This document shows positions 16,993-24,565 of a stretch of DNA of 27,659 nt, in pieces; position 1 is the first letter of the stretch, and every line of letters begins with the position of its first letter. Position numbers and translations under genes: made by a program. Source of the stretch: a virus (Duplodnaviria; Caudoviricetes); IMG/VR virus record IMGVR_UViG_3300029807_000015, positions 1-27,659 of that record; one strand, given 5' to 3'. The notes beneath the pieces were generated by a model that was not told the DNA's origin, ran no database searches, and saw only the letters and a program-made list of their open reading frames with translations.

Positions 16993-19298
16993 GTTCGCCT
17001 TGGTACACACCATCCGGAGTTCCGGCCACTAATGCACAAGGTTCATCTTCTGATATGAGGACCGAGTTTGATGCTATAGAAACAGCAATAGACAAATTGC
17101 CATCGTTTACTGCTGATCATGTAGTAGTTGTAAATGCAGGCGCTACAGAGCTTGTCACTACCGCGTCCATAACAGTAGCACAAGGCGGTACTGGTGTCGC
17201 AACTCTTACTGATGGTGGGGTACTCTTAGGTTCAGGTACTGGCGCAGTTACTGTTATGGCAGTATTAGCCGATAGTGAAATGATCGTTGGTGACGGTACA
17301 ACTGATCCGGTAGCCGAATCAGGCGCTACATTAAGAACAAGCATAGGTGTAGGTACTGGTGATAGTCCTACTTTCACAGGACTTACTCTTACGGGTTCTT
17401 TAGTAGGAGATGGTACTACTGATTCAACCTCAACTACTACTGGAGCATTTCAAACAGATGGTGGTTTAGGTATTGTAAAAAATCTTCATGTTAATGGTGA
17501 CCTAGTAACTACTGATTCTAATAGCACAACAAATACGAAAGTAGGGGTTGGTGCTGGTGATGTAATTGCTTCAGGTGGCACAAATAATACTGCATTTGGT
17601 AGCGATGCGTTAGGAGCTATCACTACGGGTGATGATTGTACTGCGATAGGTAAAGATGCATTAATACTTAATACAGCAAATGATAATACATCAGTTGGTT
17701 CATTAAGTCTTGATGCGAATACCACAGGTACTAGAAATACTGCAGTAGGTAAATCTGCATTAAGCGCCATTGTGACGGGGGATGATTCTACAGCAATTGG
17801 TTATAATGCTCTATTACTTAATACTGGTAATAGCAATACTGCTGTAGGGTCATTAGCGCTTGATGCATGTACTTCAGGAGGAAGTAATACTGCGGTGGGT
17901 AAAAATGCTTTAGGTGCTATTAGTACAAGCAGTAATTGTACTGCAGTAGGTAACGACGCGTTAATTCTTAATACTGCCGCAAGTAATACAGCAATCGGAT
18001 CTGAGGCACTAGATGCTAATACTTCTGGTGCAGATAATACTGCTGTAGGCGTAGGTGCCTTAGGAGCTAACGTTACAGCTAGTAATAGTACAGCGGTAGG
18101 ACGGAACGCTTTAGTACTTAATACCGCAGCAGATAATACTGCAATAGGGTCATTATCATTAGACGCTAATACTTCAGGAGTTAATAATACCGCAGTAGGT
18201 AAAAGTGCTTTAAGTGCTAATGTTACTACTAGTAATTGTACAGCTATAGGCTTCAACGCATTAGTTTTAAGTACTGCAGGTGATAATACCGCAGTCGGAT
18301 CAGCGACTTTAGATGCAAACACTAGTGGTACGCGAAATACGGGCTTAGGTCGGTCTGCTTTAAGTTCGATTGTTACAGCAAATGATAGTACTGCAATCGG
18401 ACATAACGCGTTATTACTTAGTACTGCTTCTCAAAATACTGCAGTCGGAGCATTTTCATTAGATGCTAATACCTCAGGATCAAATAACACCGGATGTGGG
18501 TATGCTACTTTAAGTGCGATTATTACAGGTGATGATTGTACAGCGGTGGGGGCTAGTGCTTTAATTCTTAATACAGGATCAGATAATACTGCAATAGGAT
18601 CATTATCATTAGACGCTAATACTTCAGGCGCAAGAAATTCAGCGGTCGGTACTTCTGCATTAAGTGCAATTGATACGACAAATGATTCTACAGCAATTGG
18701 TTATAACGCTTTATTACTCGATACTGGGGGTAGTAATACTGCTATAGGTGCCAGCGCTGGTAATAGTATTACAACTGGTTCTGGTAATATCCTTGTTGGT
18801 CTTGATGCCGAAGTAAGCACAAACTCTGCTTCAGGTCAATTTACAATAGGTGTAAACGTTGCTTGCGCAGAAGATAACCAAATAACAATCGGTAATTCAA
18901 CTGGTACAATAAAAAATGAATTCGATACCGATAACGCCTGGACCCAATCTTCAGATAGAAGAAGAAAAACTAATATAAAAGATGCTATATTAGGATTAGA
19001 CTTTATTAATTATTTAAGACCTGTAACTTATAATTTAAGACCCGCCAATGAATGGCCGATAGAATGGGACGTTGATCCAAGTACAAAAATTGATACTGAA
19101 AAAGTAATGCATTCTTTTATAGCGCAAGATGTTTTAAAAGCTTTAACTAATGTAGGTGTAGACCCAAGTACTTTTGCAGGTTGGGGTGAAGATAAACAAG
19201 GTCAGCGTATATCAAAAGAAATGTTTGTTTTTCCATTAGTAAATGCAGTAAAAGAATTAAGTAGCCAATTAGATGAAATTAGGAAAAAATTATTATGA
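16989..19298 (+). CDS. Tail fibre 2: NTAVG-type beta-solenoid plus S74-type chaperone
   Basis: 769 aa, N-terminal RTEFDAIETAIDKLP (attachment-like), VAQGGTG fibre motif, seven 50-aa super-repeats, SDRRRK (Ser codon at 18951), LGLDFINYLRPVTY, FIAQDV. Confidence 0.85.
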   Translation: MSSPWYTPSGVPATNAQGSSSDMRTEFDAIETAIDKLPSFTADHVVVVNAGATELVTTASITVAQGGTGVATLTDGGVLLGSGTGAVTVMAVLADSEMIVGDGTTDPVAESGATLRTSIGVGTGDSPTFTGLTLTGSLVGDGTTDSTSTTTGAFQTDGGLGIVKNLHVNGDLVTTDSNSTTNTKVGVGAGDVIASGGTNNTAFGSDALGAITTGDDCTAIGKDALILNTANDNTSVGSLSLDANTTGTRNTAVGKSALSAIVTGDDSTAIGYNALLLNTGNSNTAVGSLALDACTSGGSNTAVGKNALGAISTSSNCTAVGNDALILNTAASNTAIGSEALDANTSGADNTAVGVGALGANVTASNSTAVGRNALVLNTAADNTAIGSLSLDANTSGVNNTAVGKSALSANVTTSNCTAIGFNALVLSTAGDNTAVGSATLDANTSGTRNTGLGRSALSSIVTANDSTAIGHNALLLSTASQNTAVGAFSLDANTSGSNNTGCGYATLSAIITGDDCTAVGASALILNTGSDNTAIGSLSLDANTSGARNSAVGTSALSAIDTTNDSTAIGYNALLLDTGGSNTAIGASAGNSITTGSGNILVGLDAEVSTNSASGQFTIGVNVACAEDNQITIGNSTGTIKNEFDTDNAWTQSSDRRRKTNIKDAILGLDFINYLRPVTYNLRPANEWPIEWDVDPSTKIDTEKVMHSFIAQDVLKALTNVGVDPSTFAGWGEDKQGQRISKEMFVFPLVNAVKELSSQLDEIRKKLL
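17631..18730 (+). repeat. 150-nt (50-aa) degenerate tandem repeat array in fibre 2
   Basis: Units start at 17631, 17781, 17931, 18081, 18231, 18381, 18531 and 18681 (partial). Confidence 0.9.
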
Positions 19299-19570
19299 GC
19301 AATATTACCAAAGTAACTGATGTTTTAAGCGCCTTAATGGGACGCGCAGTACCAAAAGATAAAGTTTCCAAAATTGTTGGACTATATTTAGATAGCCAGT
19401 CAGTTGATACTGACGGTATGACTGCTGAACAAAAAGCAGGTAATTTTTTAGGCTGTTTAAAAACCGATGTAAAAAATCATTGTCAATCTGAAGCGATTAG
19501 TGCTGCGCAACGTACTAATTCTGATGTTGAACAAATTGCCCGTGATGATATAGACAGTGATTTTGCATAA
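19295..19570 (+). CDS. Hypothetical protein
   Basis: 91 aa, ATGA overlap with fibre 2. Confidence 0.65.
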   Translation: MSNITKVTDVLSALMGRAVPKDKVSKIVGLYLDSQSVDTDGMTAEQKAGNFLGCLKTDVKNHCQSEAISAAQRTNSDVEQIARDDIDSDFA

Positions 19571-19607
19571 ATATTTTTCATCTTAGTAATTTTGGAGAAA
19601 TAACACT

Positions 19608-21800
19608 ATGCCAACACATTTAGGTCCTTTAATGAAATTCGGGCAAACTCAGGTAGACCCCGAGCGTATAGAACTAGATCCGTTAAAAGAGACAGTTGAG
19701 GGCCGAGTTGAGCAAATTATAAGAAAGGGAGGACCTTTACAAACTTTAGGTGAAACTAAAGCTAAACAGCGTATGCAACAAAGAGGCTTGTTAAGTACCT
19801 CTATGGCATTAGGAGAAGCAGCTAAAGCTAATTTAGAATATGCCCTTCCCATTGCCACTAAAGATGTGGAGACTTCTCTTGCCGTAAAAATGGCGAACCA
19901 GGCTGCAGCTAACAGGGCTAAAGAATTTGGTGCAGGGTTTGCTCAACAAACTATGTTATCAGCACAAGCGGCCCGGCAACAAAGGGAATTTGTAGGCGCT
20001 GAAACTGAAGCTAAATCCAGACTTATGGCTGAAAGAGCAACTATAGATAAAGAAATGCTTACAGCTTCTGCCCAAGAGCAAATAAAGTTATTGGTAAAAC
20101 GTGGTGAAATTGATACTTCATTACAAGAATTAAAAGGTGCTCAAGAGATTGCGCAAGCACGTACCCAAGGCGAAGTGCAAAAAGAATTGATTGCAGAACG
20201 CGGCAGCGTTGAACAGTCATTACAAACAGCTGAAGGTCAAAACAGATTAGAGTTATTAAATAGAAAAGGTGAAATAGACCGTTCTTTAATGGCAACTAAT
20301 TTAAGTGTCCAAGCTTCCTTAATGGACCAAAAGTCCCGTATTGACCTAATGTTACAAACTGCGTCTGCAGCAGATCGAAAAGGACTATTAGCCCAGGAAG
20401 CTTTAATAGATGAAAGACTTTCAGCTATTAGATCAGATCAAGAAATAAAACTTTTAACCAGAAAAGGTGAGATTGATGCTAGTTTACAATTAGCTGATGC
20501 TGCTACCAGAAAACAATTATTAGTTGAAAAAGGACAAATAGATAAAGAGTTATTACAAACACGTAGCGGAATAGAATTGTCCTTAGTAGAAAAACGAGGC
20601 GAAATAGAGAAAGAACTTCAAACCGCTGATGCAATTAATAGGGTCAGGTTATTAAGAGAACAAAGTGAACTAGACAAAAATTTATCACTTGTCAGAGGTG
20701 ATATAGAAAATTCTTTAATATCCAGACGCGGCGAAATAGAGAAAGAACTTCAAACTGCTGACGCTGTTACTAAACTAACTCTACAACAAGAACAAAGCCA
20801 GATAGATAACGTCTTAGTTGAAGCCAGAGGTAGAGTTGAACAATCCCTTATAGACCGTAAGGGTACTATAGAGCTTCAACTTCAAACTGCTGGGGCTTAT
20901 GATCGTACCCAATTATTGCGAGAACAAGGTTTTATAGATAATCAATTAATAGACACCCGAGGTAGAGTTGAACAAGCCCTTATAGACCGTAGAGGGGTTA
21001 TAGAAAAAGAACTTCAAACTGCTGATGCCGAAACAAGATTACAATTATTACAAGACCAAGGTGCTATAGATAATCGATTAGTAGAGGCCCGAGGTAAAGT
21101 TCAACAGGCCCTTATAGATCGTCAGGGTAGTATAGATGTATCACTTCAGACTGCTGATTTAAATACACAAGTACAATTATTACGAGAACGAGGTTTTATA
21201 GATGAGCAATTAATAGAAACCCGAGGTAGAGTTGAATTGACTCTTATAGACCGTAGGGGCTCTATAGATATAGCACTTCAAACTGCTGATGCCGAAACAA
21301 GAGTACAATTATTACGAGAACAAGGTGATATAGATCGTCAATTAGTAAGAGACCGAGGTAATGAAGCAAGATTATTACAATCAGAATTAGGAGGCTTAAA
21401 TATTCAATTAGAAGTCCTAAGACAAAAAGGTGACTTAGCTAGTATTGAAGCTAGAGGTAATATGCAAGTTTATGTTGATGGTGTAAAAGCTAGACTAAAT
21501 GAAAGATTACAATCGATTATAGGCTCTCAAGCATTAGAACGATTAGGTTTACAAGGTTCTCAAGGAAAGGCTTTACTAAAAATGGAACTTAACAATCGTA
21601 CTATAATTACATCCTCAAGATCAGCTAGTGAGATTTATTCTAATACAGTAATTTCTATAGGCGAGATATTATCGAATCCTGATATACCTTCAAAAGCAAA
21701 AGCAGGCTTAGTAACTGATCAAATGATTGCAGCAAAAGCAGGACTAAAAGTTATAAGGGATATAGCAGCAATCGATTTAGGATTTCTTGCACATTTTTAA
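19608..21800 (+). CDS. Long hendecad-repeat helical virion protein (putative ejection tube, needle or ruler)
   Basis: 730 aa, GGAG RBS, N-terminal RGLLSTSMA…ALPIA motif, and unbroken 11-aa periodicity over 20034-21584. Confidence 0.65.
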   Translation: MPTHLGPLMKFGQTQVDPERIELDPLKETVEGRVEQIIRKGGPLQTLGETKAKQRMQQRGLLSTSMALGEAAKANLEYALPIATKDVETSLAVKMANQAAANRAKEFGAGFAQQTMLSAQAARQQREFVGAETEAKSRLMAERATIDKEMLTASAQEQIKLLVKRGEIDTSLQELKGAQEIAQARTQGEVQKELIAERGSVEQSLQTAEGQNRLELLNRKGEIDRSLMATNLSVQASLMDQKSRIDLMLQTASAADRKGLLAQEALIDERLSAIRSDQEIKLLTRKGEIDASLQLADAATRKQLLVEKGQIDKELLQTRSGIELSLVEKRGEIEKELQTADAINRVRLLREQSELDKNLSLVRGDIENSLISRRGEIEKELQTADAVTKLTLQQEQSQIDNVLVEARGRVEQSLIDRKGTIELQLQTAGAYDRTQLLREQGFIDNQLIDTRGRVEQALIDRRGVIEKELQTADAETRLQLLQDQGAIDNRLVEARGKVQQALIDRQGSIDVSLQTADLNTQVQLLRERGFIDEQLIETRGRVELTLIDRRGSIDIALQTADAETRVQLLREQGDIDRQLVRDRGNEARLLQSELGGLNIQLEVLRQKGDLASIEARGNMQVYVDGVKARLNERLQSIIGSQALERLGLQGSQGKALLKMELNNRTIITSSRSASEIYSNTVISIGEILSNPDIPSKAKAGLVTDQMIAAKAGLKVIRDIAAIDLGFLAHF
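20595..21386 (+). repeat. Six 132-nt (44-aa = 4x11) tandem repeats
   Basis: RGEIEKELQTA-DA…LLRE-QG.ID..L…-RG.VEQ.LIDR units, e.g. ggcgaaatagagaaagaacttcaaac at 20598 and 20730. Confidence 0.9.
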
Positions 21801-21855
21801 ACATTATGAGTAATTTAAAATACGATACAATATAAGAAAAGCCACCTATGATGAT

Positions 21856-22263
21856 ATGGATGGTATTGTTGAACTAGGACTTGAAGCGCTTAACTTAGAT
21901 CCTTATAATAAATTGGTAATTAGTAAACGAAAAATTATAAGTTTGGCTAATGAGTGCATATCCTCTGCTAACAACTTTGCATGGGTTGTAGAGCACGATA
22001 ACAAAATAAAAGGTGCAGTGTGTGCATTAATTCATCCTATAATGTTTTATGAAAAGAGCCAGGCTTCAGTTTTACAATTTTATTGTAAAGTGCCGGGCGC
22101 AGGCATAAAATTATTAAGAACATTTATGGAATGGGTTGATAGCAGACCTGTTATAAAATTAGTAGTATTTACACTAGAAGGTAACGCGGACCCACGGATA
22201 GGTAAATTATTAAATAGGTTAGGACTTAAAAAAGACCTACCAGTATATATTAAGGTGAAATAA
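21856..22263 (+). CDS. GNAT-like (acetyltransferase-fold) virion assembly protein; start uncertain
   Basis: In-frame upstream residues IRKATYDD, then WVVEHDNKIKGAV, GAGIKLLRTFMEW, LNRLGL. Position before the ejection genes parallels T7 gp13 / P22 gp14. Confidence 0.65.
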   Translation: MDGIVELGLEALNLDPYNKLVISKRKIISLANECISSANNFAWVVEHDNKIKGAVCALIHPIMFYEKSQASVLQFYCKVPGAGIKLLRTFMEWVDSRPVIKLVVFTLEGNADPRIGKLLNRLGLKKDLPVYIKVK

Positions 22264-22280
22264 ATTCAGAGGTTAGTCCT

Positions 22281-23045
22281 ATGTCAAAAATATTAAAAGG
22301 TATTGGTGGAGCAGTAAAAAACATCTTTAAAGGTGTAAAAAAAGTATTCAAAAAAGTTGTTGGTTCTAAGTTAGGCAAAATTGCTTTAGCTGCTTTGGTT
22401 GTATATACCGGAGGCGTAGGTTTTGGGCTATGGGGCCAACAAGGAGTCTTTAGCGGTATGCATGGGGCTTTTTTACCTGGTGGTGCAGCCGCTGGTGCAG
22501 GCCCTGGGGTTGCTGAAGGTGTTATAGGTGCTCAAACTCCTGCACAAGTTCAAACTGCACTACAAGCTGCTGGCGCACCGGGTTTGGCTGGTGGCATAGC
22601 TGCTGAAACTGCAGCAGCAGGTGGTGGGCTTGGAGCTGCAATCAGCAGACAAGCACCTGCACAAATACAAACAGCACTACAAGCAGGCGGCATTGCACCC
22701 GCCCCACCTACTGGAGGGGGGGTTTTCTCCAGATTAGTTAAAGGATATCAAGATTTAGCACCTATGACACAATATGCAGTAACTTCAGCAGGTTTAGGAG
22801 GCCTGGGGGGAGCTTTCACCCCTGATCAACCTACTGATATTGACATATTAAGAGAACAAGCCAGATTGAGAAGAGAAAGGTACGCGCCTTTAGCAGACCT
22901 TTATGCAAGAGCGCCGGGGGGTATTCTTCAAGATATTGAAGGTTTTCAAGGTTTAGAAGATTTTAATTTAGGTGCACCCCCAGAAAATAATCTTTTAACG
23001 AATGTATCTGGTGCAAGACCTTGGCATATTAGATCTGGTCGATAA
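22281..23045 (+). CDS. Putative DNA pilot/ejection protein (Gly/Ala-rich, membrane-active N-terminus)
   Basis: 254 aa, GAGG RBS, basic amphipathic helix KNIFKGVKKVFKKVV, then hydrophobic IALAALVVYTGG. Internal repeat Q.PAQ.QTALQA.G. Confidence 0.6.
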   Translation: MSKILKGIGGAVKNIFKGVKKVFKKVVGSKLGKIALAALVVYTGGVGFGLWGQQGVFSGMHGAFLPGGAAAGAGPGVAEGVIGAQTPAQVQTALQAAGAPGLAGGIAAETAAAGGGLGAAISRQAPAQIQTALQAGGIAPAPPTGGGVFSRLVKGYQDLAPMTQYAVTSAGLGGLGGAFTPDQPTDIDILREQARLRRERYAPLADLYARAPGGILQDIEGFQGLEDFNLGAPPENNLLTNVSGARPWHIRSGR

Positions 23046-23061
23046 CTCAGGAGTAATTAAA

Positions 23062-23847
23062 ATGGCTTTAAATCGATATGGGGTTAATCCTGACAATACT
23101 GACAGTCCAGTTACTCCCGGAGGCTCTGTAGCGGCGAATATAGAGCCAAGAGTACCCCAGCAACCCCGCCCGGTTAATCAAGATCCACTTCTAGGGAGTC
23201 CTGTAGCGGGAAATGTAGAACCAGGAGCACCTCAACAACCTAGTCAGATTAATCAAGATCCGCTTCCCGGAGAAGATCTTGCTGCTGTTACGGGGCAAGA
23301 GCAAGAGGCTTATAATAAAGTTGTTATGTCTGCCATGACAATAATGTTTGAAAATGAACGCACAAAAACTGGCATTGTAGAAATGTTAAGAAATAAGGCG
23401 AAAAAACCCGCTGAAAGATTAGCAGATATTTCTTTTATGATGATAATGCAGTTAGAACAAAAATCTGGAGGTCAAATCCCAGAAGATGTGATTTTACCTG
23501 CTTCAATTGAGATATTAGAACAATTAAGTGATTTAGCAGATAGCGTACAGGCATTCCCCGTAGATGAAGCTGTTATGAATCATGCGGGCCAGTTACTTGT
23601 CGTAAGATTAGGTGAAGAATACGGAGTAGATAGAGAAGAATTACAGTCATTATTAGGGTCTGTTGATCAGGTTACTTTACAACAAATAGGTGCTGAACAA
23701 GAAACCTATGCTGCTAAACAACCTGAGAATGCGGTGAATATACCTGTTCCGCCTGGTGAAGTCATAGCACCTCAACCTGGTGAAGTAGCTCCTGTTCAAC
23801 CTGGTGGAGCTCCACCACCTGAACCCGGCGCGGGTGGAGTAATTTAA
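23062..23847 (+). CDS. Hypothetical protein, putative internal virion protein
   Basis: Start revised to ATG 23062 (AGGAG RBS at 23049-23053). Pro/Gln-rich ends with an acidic helical core. Confidence 0.65.
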   Translation: MALNRYGVNPDNTDSPVTPGGSVAANIEPRVPQQPRPVNQDPLLGSPVAGNVEPGAPQQPSQINQDPLPGEDLAAVTGQEQEAYNKVVMSAMTIMFENERTKTGIVEMLRNKAKKPAERLADISFMMIMQLEQKSGGQIPEDVILPASIEILEQLSDLADSVQAFPVDEAVMNHAGQLLVVRLGEEYGVDREELQSLLGSVDQVTLQQIGAEQETYAAKQPENAVNIPVPPGEVIAPQPGEVAPVQPGGAPPPEPGAGGVI

Positions 23848-23848
23848 C

Positions 23849-24565
23849 ATGCCTAGTATTTTTCAAAAATTTGTCAGGGGGGCTGCTGAAACAGGATCAA
23901 AGCTTTATTTTGATCAAGCTATGCAAGAAATGCAATCAGATCTTATCTCTAAAAGGGATAAGACTTTGGAAGGTTATAAACAAGAGGCTGCAAAAACCAG
24001 ATTTAAGCGTGAAAAAGAATTATTAGGATTAAAAACAAAAGAAAAAACAACTCCTAACATTACTAATGTTAGAGCTTTAGTAACTTCAGGATTAGTTCCT
24101 GATGAAAAATCAGCTTGGGACCTTTTATTAGGTAAAAAACAAGACTTAGAAGGCACACTTTTTTCTGCAATGCATAAAAATCAACTCGCTAGTGATGTAC
24201 GTGCAGGTGAACCAGGGCATGTAGACGCTGTAAATATGTATAAATTTGCTATTGAAAAAGCTGTAGAATTAAAGAATTTAAGAAGAGGCATAGTTACACC
24301 TGAAATCATACCTGAACTCGAACTCGAAACTAAACCTAAACTTGAACCAGAGCGGGGGTTTATACCTTCATTTACAGGCGCTCCTGGACTAATCCCTACA
24401 GATGCTAAACCAGGATCAGAACCAGAACGTGGGTTCGTACCTTCATTTACAGGCGCTCCTATATTAGCTCCTAAAGAGCCACAAACTCAGAGTGAATTCG
24501 ATGCTTTGCCGTCTGGCGCTCTTTATATAGATCCTGATGATGGTAAAACATATAGGAAACCTTAA
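23849..24565 (+). CDS. Putative internal virion/ejection protein
   Basis: 238 aa, helical N-terminus, duplicated EPERGFxPSFTGAP (24344-24385 and 24419-24460), C-terminal FDALPSGALYIDPDDGKTYRKP. Confidence 0.6.
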   Translation: MPSIFQKFVRGAAETGSKLYFDQAMQEMQSDLISKRDKTLEGYKQEAAKTRFKREKELLGLKTKEKTTPNITNVRALVTSGLVPDEKSAWDLLLGKKQDLEGTLFSAMHKNQLASDVRAGEPGHVDAVNMYKFAIEKAVELKNLRRGIVTPEIIPELELETKPKLEPERGFIPSFTGAPGLIPTDAKPGSEPERGFVPSFTGAPILAPKEPQTQSEFDALPSGALYIDPDDGKTYRKP

